64,000 nt of DNA from Thermoplasmata archaeon (GTDB taxonomy: Archaea; Thermoplasmatota; Thermoplasmata; Lutacidiplasmatales; UBA184). The stretch covers positions 125,495 through 189,494 of the forward strand of contig JAKACD010000001.1 of assembly GCA_021821785.1 (NCBI GenBank), written 5' to 3'. The notes beneath the pieces are model-generated. The model saw nothing but the letters and a program-made list of their open reading frames with translations, made no database searches and was not told the DNA's origin. Positions within the stretch are counted from its first letter, which is position 1, and every line of letters starts with the position of its first letter. Shown in pieces: positions 26,590-35,672 of this stretch. The translations under genes were made by a program, and so were the position numbers.

Positions 26590-26864
26590 TCGTGGAAGCT
26601 CGGAACGGACCGGTCGGACTTGGGGGGGAACTAGCGTCCCTCCGAGTGTCGACGTCTCGGGTGCCGAAGACGGCGCAGGCGCCGTGGCCGAAGGGACGTT
26701 CGATGGAGGCAGGCCGCGGTGCACCCTTCGGCCCTGCCCCCCCGTTCCCCCACCCCCCGAGTCCACGACCCCGGCATACGCCGTCGCCGGGGCCGTGGAT
26801 CGTGGGGCCTAGACTCGGGCGCCGCCGCACGAACCCCTAAAGGCCCCCCCGCCGTACCCGCCGC
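26590..26864 (+). ncRNA. candidate structured non-coding transcript or long 5' leader
   Basis: It lies downstream of the TATA-like box. Long-range complements include GGGGGAAC/GTTCCCCC and GGCCGAAGGG/CCCTTCGGCC. A 12-of-13-bp hairpin, CCACGaCCCCGGC...GCCGGGGcCGTGG, sits at about 26762-26800. The only ORF here has atypical codon third positions. Confidence 0.25.
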
Positions 26865-27344
26865 GTGAGCGAGCGCCGGATCGGCCCGGTCCTCTCGCTT
26901 CTCCGCCAGGGCCTCACCGTCGGCGTCGAGTACGGAGCCCACTCGCTCGAGGCCCTGCTCTGGGTCGCGGAGACCGTCGAGAACGGTGTCTACCGTCCCG
27001 GTTCGCTCGTCCGGCACGACGCGGGGCTCACGTTCATCCTGGACAATCCGCCGTTGCGGACCGGCGCGTTCTCGAGCGCCCGCCTCTCGGTGGAGGGGGC
27101 GCCGCTCGCGCCCGAGGAAGTCCGGTGCCGGGTGGGGCCGGGAGGACCGTGGCGGAGGTTCGATTCGATCTCGGCGGCCACTCCCCTCGAGCTGCGGCCC
27201 GGCGTACCGACCGAGTTCGAGACGACCGCGACCCGGGGATCGGCCCCGGGGCCGATCACGGTCCGGCTCGAGCTCATCTCCCTCGCGATCCCGCCCCGCG
27301 TCTGGTTCGAGTTCACGGACCGCGCGCGACCGGAGGAGACATGA
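26865..27344 (+). CDS. hypothetical protein
   Basis: 159 aa with a GTG start. It has gene-like GC3, and its stop overlaps the next gene's start (ATGA at 27341-27344). No family was recognised. Confidence 0.5.
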   Translation: MSERRIGPVLSLLRQGLTVGVEYGAHSLEALLWVAETVENGVYRPGSLVRHDAGLTFILDNPPLRTGAFSSARLSVEGAPLAPEEVRCRVGPGGPWRRFDSISAATPLELRPGVPTEFETTATRGSAPGPITVRLELISLAIPPRVWFEFTDRARPEET

Positions 27345-29551
27345 CCGACCCCGGCGCCCGACCGGGGGAATCGGCCCCGGTACTACTGACGAGCCTCTCC
27401 TCCGCAGTCCTCCTCGATGGTTCGGGAGACCTCACCCTCTCTCGGGAGACGCGAGGGTCGCCGCTCGACTGGGGCGGGGTCTACGCTCGCCTCGTTCGCC
27501 TGTGCGGCCCGTGGCAACTCCACGTGACCGTGGACGGCATCGAGTACGGCCTCGGCGATACCCGCGTCGAGGCGGGGATCGAGGGCGCGCGATGGTGGAG
27601 CCGCCACCGTCTCGGCCGCGTGCAGGTGGACCAGGATGTCGCACCCACCGCGGATCCCGCCGGAGCCGTCCGTCGGCTTCGGTTCACCCGGCTCCAGGGA
27701 CCCGGCACCCGACTTCGGGTCGTGAGCCGCCTTCCGCCCCACCTCCTCCCCGTTCTGGTCGAAGGGGTGGTCCCGACCGTGTTCCGTCTCGAGACCCATC
27801 GGGAGCATCTCCGGGTCCGCCAGCACGGCTTCGCGTTCGCCCTCCGCGCCAGTATCCTCCCGAGCCAGCTGTACGTGAATCGCGGCTCATGGCGGGGGGG
27901 CCGCTACGAGGGCCGGGTGGACGAACTGGCCACGGAGCACGAGGTGGAACTCGGGATCGACGGGCCGACGGAGCTGACGTTCCAGTTGAGCGGCGGATTC
28001 GAACGCGACCTGAAGGAACCCGAGGTTGCGGACGCCGGGATCCCGGATCCCGAGACGGCCGGACGCGCGGAGGCCGAACGGGTCGCGGCGTGGGTCGCCC
28101 GCACGCCCGAGATGCGCTTCCCGGACGCCCCGTTCCTCGAGGACGCGTACCGAGCGGCCCGGGCGGCGCTCCGCCAGCTCTACAGCGAGCCCGGGGATGG
28201 TCTCACGGGGCTCGTCGCCGGCTACCCCTGGTACTCCGCGATCTGGTGCCGCGACCTCGCGTGGATGCTTCCGTCGGTGCTCTGGCTGGGGGACTGGGAG
28301 TGGGCCGAGCGATCGATCGCCTCCGTGCTCCGCTTCCAGTCCCAGACCGCCGTCCCCATCCTGGGGGGTGAACCGGGCGAGCTCCCCATGCAGATCGCCC
28401 CGGGACCGCTCTTCCTCTACGGGACCTCGGATACGACGCTCTACTATCCCGGCCTCGTGCGGCGGCTCGTGCGGCACGCCGGCCGGTCCGATCGGGGGTC
28501 GAGCTGGACCCCGGCGGTCCGCCGCATGATCCAATGGGGAGAGGCGCGGACCGACCCCGCGACCGGTCTCCTGCGGAACGGCGGCGAGGCCGAGGCGATC
28601 AGCGCGGCGACCGGCTCCGTCGCCCGGGTCCGGTACGGGATCGATTCCCCCGACACCACGATCTGGGACTCGGCGGATCGGCGCGACCACGCGATCGACG
28701 TCCAGGTGCTCTGGTGGGAAGCGCTCGGCGCGGGGGCTGACCTGCTGACCGACGGACCGGACGACCCGGTCCGGAGCCGCTGCCGGCGCACCGCCGAGGT
28801 GCTGGCCGACTCGGTGCGCACCCGGTACGGGTGGACGGAGGAAGGGTACCTCTCCGACTCGCTCCGGGCGGGCGCGCCCATCCGAAAGCTCCGGCCCAAC
28901 GCCCTGCGGGCGGTGAGCGCCGGTGTCCTCCCGCCCGAGGTCGCCCGATCGGTGGTCCGGCGCGCTGCGAAACCGGACCTCACCACCGACTGGGGAGTAC
29001 GCACGCTCTCTTCGCAGGATCCGACCTACGATCCGGTCGCCTACCACGAAGGCGAGGTCTGGCCGATCGCGACCGCCTGGGCGGCCGACGCGGCCCTCGC
29101 GGTCGGCGAGGTCGATCTCGGCCTCCGCTACCTCGGAACGATCGCCGACCGGATCCGGGCGGAGGGGGGATTCGCGAACGAATGCTACCGGGGGGATCGG
29201 GCGGAGGCGTTCGACTCCTGCTTCCTGCTCGGGTTCAGCGTGGCGCCGTTCCTATCGGTCCTGTTCGAGCGGCTCTGGGGGCTCGACATCGACTCGTCGG
29301 TCCCCCGGCTTCGCGCCGCTCCGATCTTCCCCTCGGGGTGGCGGTCGGCTTCGATCGACCGGCTGCGGGTCGGCCCGGGCGAGGTTCGTCTGGACTGGCG
29401 GCCGGGTGGCCTCCGCGCCCAGTGGTCGGGGCCCGGCTCGCTCGAGGTGCGGGCCGGGTCGGAGTCGGCCCGGCTGGCCCCGCTCGAGGCCCGCGAGCTG
29501 CCGTTACCCCTGCCTCCGGCTCCGCCGGAACCCCGCCCGCCGGTCTCTTAA
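27341..29551 (+). CDS. glycogen-debranching-enzyme family protein (amylo-alpha-1,6-glucosidase, six-hairpin glycosidase)
   Basis: The start was trimmed to the ATG at 27341. Contains LVAGYPWYSAIWCRDLAWMLPSVLW and YHEGEVWPIATAWAADAAL, typical of the GDE_C domain. Confidence 0.85.
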   Translation: MTDPGARPGESAPVLLTSLSSAVLLDGSGDLTLSRETRGSPLDWGGVYARLVRLCGPWQLHVTVDGIEYGLGDTRVEAGIEGARWWSRHRLGRVQVDQDVAPTADPAGAVRRLRFTRLQGPGTRLRVVSRLPPHLLPVLVEGVVPTVFRLETHREHLRVRQHGFAFALRASILPSQLYVNRGSWRGGRYEGRVDELATEHEVELGIDGPTELTFQLSGGFERDLKEPEVADAGIPDPETAGRAEAERVAAWVARTPEMRFPDAPFLEDAYRAARAALRQLYSEPGDGLTGLVAGYPWYSAIWCRDLAWMLPSVLWLGDWEWAERSIASVLRFQSQTAVPILGGEPGELPMQIAPGPLFLYGTSDTTLYYPGLVRRLVRHAGRSDRGSSWTPAVRRMIQWGEARTDPATGLLRNGGEAEAISAATGSVARVRYGIDSPDTTIWDSADRRDHAIDVQVLWWEALGAGADLLTDGPDDPVRSRCRRTAEVLADSVRTRYGWTEEGYLSDSLRAGAPIRKLRPNALRAVSAGVLPPEVARSVVRRAAKPDLTTDWGVRTLSSQDPTYDPVAYHEGEVWPIATAWAADAALAVGEVDLGLRYLGTIADRIRAEGGFANECYRGDRAEAFDSCFLLGFSVAPFLSVLFERLWGLDIDSSVPRLRAAPIFPSGWRSASIDRLRVGPGEVRLDWRPGGLRAQWSGPGSLEVRAGSESARLAPLEARELPLPLPPAPPEPRPPVS

Positions 29552-29573
29552 CCTTCCTTCCTACGCTCGGACG

Positions 29574-30506
29574 ATGGCGTCGGCGATCGAAGTGCGGGGC
29601 CTCGTCAAGCGCTACGGTCCCCTCGCGGCGGTGGCGGGGATCGACTTCTCGGTCCCCACGGGCGCGGTGTTCGCCTTCCTCGGCCCGAACGGCGCCGGCA
29701 AGACCACGACCACCGAGATCCTCGAAGGCCTTCGCCGCCGGACCGACGGTACGGTGCGGGTGCTCGGACTGGACCCGTGGGAGGAGGGGAGACCGCTGCA
29801 CCGTCGGATCGGGGTCATCCCGCAGGACTTCCGATTCTTCGAGAAGATCACTCCGAAGGAGGCGATCGAGTACTACCGAACGCTCTTCCATACCCGGGCC
29901 GACCCGGGCGCCCTCCTGGCCGAGGTCGAGCTCCTCGACAAGATCGACGCCCGCTTCGACACCCTGTCGGGCGGGCAGAAGCAGAAGCTGGGGCTCGCCC
30001 TCGCCCTCACGAACGACCCCGAGATCTGCTTCCTCGATGAGCCGACCACCGGGCTCGACCCGCACGCCCGTCGGGCGATCTGGGCCGTGATCCGCAAGTT
30101 GAAGCGCGAGGGCCGCACCGTCTTCCTCACGACCCATTACCTCGAGGAGGCCGAGCTCCTCGCTGACCAGGTCGCGATCATCCACCGCGGCCGGATCATC
30201 GCGGCCGGCACCCCGGGGGAGATCATCCGGGCGCACGGGTACCCGGCCCGGCTCAGCGTCGAGGGGAGCGCGGAGCTGGCCGCGTACCTCGGGCGGGAGC
30301 TCCACGTCCCGGTCTACGCCGAGGGGAGCCGTGTGGAGGTCGAGCTCTCCGACCGCCGGGACGCGCTGCGGATCCTCTCGGCGATCGAGGCGAGCGGGCT
30401 CCCCTGGCAGTCGTTCGAGACCCGCCAGGATTCGCTCGAGAACGTCTTCGTCCGACTGGTCGGTCAGATGGACGAGGGCGCGCTCAAGTCGGAGGCGCCG
30501 GGATGA
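29574..30506 (+). CDS. ABC transporter ATP-binding protein
   Basis: The start was trimmed to the ATG at 29574. Walker A GPNGAGKTT, signature LSGGQKQKL, Walker B ICFLDEPTTGLD. Confidence 0.92.
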   Translation: MASAIEVRGLVKRYGPLAAVAGIDFSVPTGAVFAFLGPNGAGKTTTTEILEGLRRRTDGTVRVLGLDPWEEGRPLHRRIGVIPQDFRFFEKITPKEAIEYYRTLFHTRADPGALLAEVELLDKIDARFDTLSGGQKQKLGLALALTNDPEICFLDEPTTGLDPHARRAIWAVIRKLKREGRTVFLTTHYLEEAELLADQVAIIHRGRIIAAGTPGEIIRAHGYPARLSVEGSAELAAYLGRELHVPVYAEGSRVEVELSDRRDALRILSAIEASGLPWQSFETRQDSLENVFVRLVGQMDEGALKSEAPG

Positions 30507-31615
30507 ACGTGCGCCACATCGCCGCGGACTTCCGCATCGTCGCGCGGAGCTATTTCCGCAACCCGCTCGCGCTGTTCTTCTCCCTCATCTTTCCGATCAT
30601 CCTCATCGGCCTCTTCGGCCTGATCTTCTCCTCGGCCAGCAGCGGGCCGATCGCACTCCAGGTCCTCAACGAGGACCACAACTCGCCGCTCAGCGTCCAG
30701 TTCCTCGCCGAGCTCAACCAGACGCACGTGGTCCAGGTGGACGTGGTCAACGACGCCTCGGTCACCCCCGCGACCTTCGCCACGTGGCTCGGACAGAACG
30801 ACCACTCGGTCGGTCTCGTGATCCCGGCCGGGTTCGCCGCCAACCTTTCCGCGAACCGTTCGGTCAACCTGACCGTCTACTCGAACCCCCAGGATGCGGC
30901 GTCGGCCGGCCAGGTCTACTTCGCCGTCACCGGCGTCGCGAACGGCTACAACCTCGAGGCCGCCCACGGGACCGTGCTCATCCAGGTACCTCCGCCGCAG
31001 AACGTCGGGAGCCAAGTCCTCACGTACATCGACTTCCTCATCCCCGGGCTGATCGGGTTCTCGATCCTCACGAGCCCGATGTTCTCGATGGTCGACGTCA
31101 CCTCCTCCTACCGCAAGGAGGGGATCTTCCGCCAGCTGTCGCTGACGCCGCTGACCCGTTCCGAGTGGCTCGTGAGCCGCATCCTCTGGTACGTCCTGCT
31201 CACGTTCGTGAGCGCCGGGATCATGATCGCGGCCGGGATCTACCTGTTCTCCGCCCATGTCGGGGTCACGCTCGGGATGCTGCCGTTCCTCGTCGCGGGG
31301 CCGTTCCTCTTCGTTTCGCTCGGCATGTTCGCGGGGTCGGTCACGAAGACCCCCGAGAGCGCGGCCCTCATCGGGAACATCATCACCTTCCCGATGATGT
31401 TCCTCTCGGGGACGTTCTTCCCGGTCTCCTCCTTCCCGCCGGGACTCCAGGCGTTCGCGCACGTGCTCCCGCTCTACTACGTCATCGACGGGCTCAACCA
31501 GGTCATGCTGTTCTCGAACACCGGGCTCGCGTACACGGACCTCGCGGTCGTCCTCCTTTCGGGGGTCGTCATCTTCGCGCTCGCCGTCCGCTTCTTCAAG
31601 TGGCGGGACGAGTGA
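30503..31615 (+). CDS. ABC-2 type transporter permease
   Basis: 370 aa. An ATGA overlap joins it to the ATPase gene. One N-terminal TM is followed by a large loop and five or more C-terminal TMs. Confidence 0.85.
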   Translation: MNVRHIAADFRIVARSYFRNPLALFFSLIFPIILIGLFGLIFSSASSGPIALQVLNEDHNSPLSVQFLAELNQTHVVQVDVVNDASVTPATFATWLGQNDHSVGLVIPAGFAANLSANRSVNLTVYSNPQDAASAGQVYFAVTGVANGYNLEAAHGTVLIQVPPPQNVGSQVLTYIDFLIPGLIGFSILTSPMFSMVDVTSSYRKEGIFRQLSLTPLTRSEWLVSRILWYVLLTFVSAGIMIAAGIYLFSAHVGVTLGMLPFLVAGPFLFVSLGMFAGSVTKTPESAALIGNIITFPMMFLSGTFFPVSSFPPGLQAFAHVLPLYYVIDGLNQVMLFSNTGLAYTDLAVVLLSGVVIFALAVRFFKWRDE

Positions 31616-31630
31616 GGGAGGAGCGGCGCG

Positions 31631-32155
31631 ATGGATCCGAGGCCTACGATCGACTCCGGCGTCTTCCGCCAGCTGATGGGCCGATGGGCGACCGGCGTCT
31701 CGGTCGTCACCGCCCGCGAGTTCGAGGTCGATGCGGGCCTCACCGTGAACGCGTTCCTGTCCGTCTCCCTGGCGCCGCCGTCCGTGCTGGTCAGCCTCAC
31801 CCGGGAGGCCGACACGACGCCGCTCATCGAGCGGAGCGGGCGGTTCGCGGTCAGCCTCCTCGCCGCGGACCAGCGCGCGCTCAGCGAACGGTTCGCCCGC
31901 GCGATCTCCCCGGCCGAGAAGTTCCGGGACCTCCCGTTCCACCGGGGCCCGCACGGGCTCGCGCTCCTGAACGGGAGCCTCGGCGCGCTGGAGTGCCGGG
32001 TCGTTTCCCATACGCCGGCGTACGACCACCTTCTCCTGCTCGGCGAGGTCGTCTACCAGGAGCTCGGCCCCGGGGGGAGCCCACTCCTCTTCTACCGCTC
32101 GGGTTACGGCGAGGCCCGGGGAGAGGACACGGTACGGCTCCCGCCGCCTCCCTGA
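31631..32155 (+). CDS. flavin reductase family protein (FMN-binding split barrel)
   Basis: 174 aa. Contains FRQLMGRWATGVSVVT and NAFLSVSLAPPSVLVSL. Confidence 0.85.
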   Translation: MDPRPTIDSGVFRQLMGRWATGVSVVTAREFEVDAGLTVNAFLSVSLAPPSVLVSLTREADTTPLIERSGRFAVSLLAADQRALSERFARAISPAEKFRDLPFHRGPHGLALLNGSLGALECRVVSHTPAYDHLLLLGEVVYQELGPGGSPLLFYRSGYGEARGEDTVRLPPPP

Positions 32156-32205
32156 CGCCAAGGTAACTCGGGGGCGGTGCGGCTTTAAGCTCGCCCGGGC
32201 TCGAA

Positions 32206-33198
32206 TTGGATATGACGCCGACGGAGCGGAGGACGCGGGTCGCCATCATCGGGAGCGGGGCCGCCGGCCTCACCGCCGCGCTCTACACGGCCCGGGCGGA
32301 GCTCGCGCCGCTCGTGATCTCGGGAGTTCCGGCCGGCGGGCAGCTGATCATCACGACCGAGGTCGAGAACTTCCCCGGGTTCCCCGAGGGGATTCAAGGG
32401 CCGGAGCTGATCGACCGGATGCGCCAGCAGGCGGCGCGATTCGGCGCCGAGTTCCTCGACGACAACGTGAACCGGGTCGACTTCTCGCACCGGCCGTTCC
32501 GGCTCGAGACCGGTAGCCAGGGGACCGTGATCGCCGACGCGGTCATCGTCGCGACCGGGGCCAACGCGCGCTGGCTCGGCCTTCCCTCGGAGGGGCGGCT
32601 CCAGGGGCACGGGGTCTCGGCCTGCGCGACGTGCGACGGGTTCTTCTTCAAGGGCAAGGAGCTCGCGGTCGTCGGCGGCGGCGACACCGCGATGGAGGAG
32701 GCGCTCTTCCTCACGAACTTCGCGACCCATGTGACGATCATCCACCGGCGCCCCGAGCTCCGCGCGAGCCCGATCATGCAGGAGCGGGTCCGGACCCATC
32801 CGAAGATCTCGCTCCTCCTCGACGCCGAGGTCGAGGAGGTCCTTGGCCGGGAGTCGGTCGAGGGTGTTCGGATCCGCGAGCACGCGAGCGGCGCGGTCCG
32901 CGAGCTCAAGGTCGGCGGCCTCTTCGTCGCGATCGGCCACGTACCGGCGACCGAGATCTTCCGCGGCGTCCTGCACCTCGATGCCGAAGGATACCTCAAG
33001 GTACACGACCACACCCGCACGAACATCGAGGGAGTGTTCGCGGCGGGGGACGTCCACGACCGGCGCTACCGACAGGCGATCACCGCTGCCGGTGCGGGCT
33101 GCATGGCGGCGCTCGACGTAGAGCGCTGGCTCGCGGAGCAACCCACGACCGCCCCGTCCCCGGTCCGGGCCGGGAGCGGGCCCGCCACCCCTGCGTAG
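32206..33198 (+). CDS. trxB: thioredoxin-disulfide reductase
   Basis: Contains VAIIGSGAAGLTAALY, the redox-active CATCDG, and VVGGGDTAMEEALFLT. Confidence 0.92.
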   Translation: MDMTPTERRTRVAIIGSGAAGLTAALYTARAELAPLVISGVPAGGQLIITTEVENFPGFPEGIQGPELIDRMRQQAARFGAEFLDDNVNRVDFSHRPFRLETGSQGTVIADAVIVATGANARWLGLPSEGRLQGHGVSACATCDGFFFKGKELAVVGGGDTAMEEALFLTNFATHVTIIHRRPELRASPIMQERVRTHPKISLLLDAEVEEVLGRESVEGVRIREHASGAVRELKVGGLFVAIGHVPATEIFRGVLHLDAEGYLKVHDHTRTNIEGVFAAGDVHDRRYRQAITAAGAGCMAALDVERWLAEQPTTAPSPVRAGSGPATPA

Positions 33199-33244
33199 TC
33201 ATCCTTTAATACGCTCCCCGCCCGGTGCACGCGGAGGGCCCCTC

Positions 33245-33436
33245 GTGCCGAGCAAGAAGAGCCTCCACATCGAGTCGTCCGGCCAGTTGTGCATCTACTG
33301 CGGGGCCTGCGTCGGGATCTGCCCGCTCAACTGTATCTACCTGGACGAGACCCGGATCACGTTCGACGAGAAGGTCTGTACCCGCTGCGAGATCTGCGTC
33401 AAGGCCTGCCCGGTCGGCGCGATCGAGATCGGATAG
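33245..33436 (+). CDS. 2x[4Fe-4S] ferredoxin
   Basis: 63 aa with a GTG start. It has two cluster motifs, CIYCGACVGICP and CTRCEICVKACP. Confidence 0.85.
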   Translation: MPSKKSLHIESSGQLCIYCGACVGICPLNCIYLDETRITFDEKVCTRCEICVKACPVGAIEIG

Positions 33437-33461
33437 AGGCGGCCCGCGGAGGAAGCAAACC

Positions 33462-34649
33462 ATGCAGGACCTGAAGACGGACGTCCTGGTCATCGGCGGC
33501 GGCCCCGCCGGCAGCATGACCGCGAAATGGGCGGCGAAGAAGGGCGCGCGCGTGCTGCTCATCGAGAAACGCCAGGAGATCGGGAGCCCGGTCCGCTGCG
33601 GCGAGGGGATCAGCAAGGCGTGGCTGCCCGACGTCGGCATCTCGCCGGGCCGCTGGATCAACCTCGAGGTCGAGGGGGCGCGGATCTTCTCGCCCACCGA
33701 GAAGGTCTTCGAGATCAACGAGAAGCACGCGGGCAACGAGGTCGGCTACGTCGTCGAGCGCGACGAGTTCGACAAGCAGCTCGCGATCGATGCCGCGAAC
33801 GCGGGGGTCGAGATCAAGCTCAAGACCGCCGCGGTGGCGGTCCTCAAGGAGCACGGCCGCGTCGTCGGAGCGAAGGTCAAGGAGTTCGGCCAGACCTACG
33901 AGGTCCGAGCCCCGATCACCGTCGCGGCGGACGGGTTCGAGAGCCAGGTCGGCCGGTGGGCCGGCCTCCCGACGAACATCGCGACCCGGGACATGGATAC
34001 CTGCCTCCAGTACCGCATGACGAACGTCGACTCCGACGTGCGCTACTGCGACTTCTATCTCGGGAAGTGCGCCCCGGGCGGCTACGTCTGGGTCTTCCCC
34101 AAGGCGGACGGGCTCGCGAACGTGGGGATCGGGGTCCAGGTCAGCCAGGTGCAGAACCCGGCCGACCCCCGAACGCTCCTCGACAAGTGGATCGCCGAGC
34201 ACCCCGGCTACGCGAAGGGCAAGAAGATCGACATGGTCGGGGGCGGGGTCTCGATCTCCCCGCCGCTCAAGCAGACGGTAACGGACGGCCTCATGCTCGT
34301 CGGAGATGCGGCCCGGATGATCGACCCCCTCACGGGCGGCGGGATCGCGAACGGCTGCATCGCCGGCAAGATCTGCGGGACCGTCGCCGCCGAGGCCGTG
34401 CACGCGGGGGATGTCTCGAAGGAGTTCCTCCAGCGCTACGAGAAGGGCTGGCGGGCGCAGCTCGAGGAGAAGCTCTACCGGAACTGGCTCGCGAAGGAGA
34501 AGCTCGTCACCTTGAGCGACGAGACGTTCGACAAGGTGATCGACGCGCTCGAGGGGGTCCGCCTCGAGAAGCTGAGCGTGCACAACATCCTCAAGGCGGT
34601 CCGCGACAAGTACCCCGAGGTCACGAAAGAGTTCGAGGCGTTCCTCTGA
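33462..34649 (+). CDS. geranylgeranyl reductase (digeranylgeranylglycerophospholipid reductase)
   Basis: The start was trimmed to the ATG at 33462. Contains DVLVIGGGPAGSMTA, SPVRCGEGIS and MLVGDAARMIDPLTGGGI. It follows the ferredoxin gene directly. Confidence 0.92.
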   Translation: MQDLKTDVLVIGGGPAGSMTAKWAAKKGARVLLIEKRQEIGSPVRCGEGISKAWLPDVGISPGRWINLEVEGARIFSPTEKVFEINEKHAGNEVGYVVERDEFDKQLAIDAANAGVEIKLKTAAVAVLKEHGRVVGAKVKEFGQTYEVRAPITVAADGFESQVGRWAGLPTNIATRDMDTCLQYRMTNVDSDVRYCDFYLGKCAPGGYVWVFPKADGLANVGIGVQVSQVQNPADPRTLLDKWIAEHPGYAKGKKIDMVGGGVSISPPLKQTVTDGLMLVGDAARMIDPLTGGGIANGCIAGKICGTVAAEAVHAGDVSKEFLQRYEKGWRAQLEEKLYRNWLAKEKLVTLSDETFDKVIDALEGVRLEKLSVHNILKAVRDKYPEVTKEFEAFL

Positions 34650-34663
34650 ACGTCTCTCCGTAG

Positions 34664-35296
34664 ATGCCCGGCGCTCCGAACCGTCCCCCCGAGAAGGCCC
34701 CCGAGGCCCCGGTCGCCCCCCCGGTACCCGAGACCCCGCAGCAGAAGGCGCTGCGCCGGCTCGCCCCCGCGCGCGTCGCCCTCCTGCTCGACATCTGGAA
34801 GGCGAACCCGAGCCCCGAGCTCACCGGTCCGTACCAGAAGGCGGAGGCGGCGTACGCCCAGGGCAACTTCGCGGACGCGACGAGCTCGCTCGACCTCCTC
34901 TCGATCCGCTTCACGGAACCGCGCTGGCCCTCGCTGCCCGAGCCGTTCCGCCGGCTGCGGGTCTCGATCCCGGCCCCGACGCCGCCACACTGGGACCCGG
35001 AGAACGCCCTCTCTCCCGCCGAGCGGGAGGCGCACCGGGCCCGCCGGGCCGCGGACGACCAGCTCCATCTCGCCGAGGGAACGCTCATCTGGGCCGGGTC
35101 CCGCGGGATCCCCGTGGACGACCTCGCCGCCCCGCTCGCCCGGGCGAAGGAGCGGTTCGCCCAGGAGGGCGCCTCGGCCGCCTTCTTCGAAGGGATCGAT
35201 GCGATCTGGACCGCGGTGCGCGCGCGCTTCCCCTTGCCGACGGCGCCCGGAGGCGGCGCTCGCCCCGCGCCGTCCCACGACCCCGACCCCGCGTAG
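34664..35296 (+). CDS. hypothetical protein (Pro-rich N-terminus)
   Basis: 210 aa with an ATG 15 nt after the GGR stop. It has gene-like codon bias. No family was recognised. Confidence 0.5.
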   Translation: MPGAPNRPPEKAPEAPVAPPVPETPQQKALRRLAPARVALLLDIWKANPSPELTGPYQKAEAAYAQGNFADATSSLDLLSIRFTEPRWPSLPEPFRRLRVSIPAPTPPHWDPENALSPAEREAHRARRAADDQLHLAEGTLIWAGSRGIPVDDLAAPLARAKERFAQEGASAAFFEGIDAIWTAVRARFPLPTAPGGGARPAPSHDPDPA

Positions 35297-35300
35297 GACC

Positions 35301-35645
35301 GTGACCGAGCCGTCCGACCGGCCGCGTCGACGGGTCCACCGGGACGAGGGCGAGGTCACCGCCTGGCCGCGGGGGCTGCTCCATTACGTTCCGAGCGGCG
35401 CCGAGGAGGAGGAGCCGCCGATCGAGGAGGATCGGACCCACAACCGCATCCTGCTCGCGGGGCGGCTCCTCGCGGTCCTGCGGGCGTCCGGGGAGACGGT
35501 CGACCGGGAGGTCGAGCGCCTCGCGGCCGCGGAGCGGGCGGAGGCGGCGCACGATCCGGTGCGGGCCCGGGCCGAGGTCGAAGCGCTCCTCACCGACCTC
35601 GCGCTCCGCCCGCGACGACCGGCCTCCCCCGACACCCAAGGTTAA
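35301..35645 (+). CDS. hypothetical protein
   Basis: GTG start 5 nt after the previous stop, 114 aa, acidic and helical. The support is weak. Confidence 0.35.
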   Translation: MTEPSDRPRRRVHRDEGEVTAWPRGLLHYVPSGAEEEEPPIEEDRTHNRILLAGRLLAVLRASGETVDREVERLAAAERAEAAHDPVRARAEVEALLTDLALRPRRPASPDTQG

Positions 35646-35672
35646 GGCACCCGGGGCCGTCGGGCCCGGCGG

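Noticed and set aside
26592-26840. An 82-aa ORF starting near the predicted transcription start in the gap after the regulator gene.
   Set aside because: Third-position G/C is only 61 of 82 by my count, against near-saturation in real genes here. The product is Pro/Arg/Gly-rich with no motif. The region is treated as non-coding and structured instead.
25529-26864. A possible CRISPR array or cas genes near the Csa3-like regulator.
   Set aside because: I read both flanking gaps and found no regularly spaced 25-40-nt direct repeats. No cas-like ORFs occur anywhere in the window.
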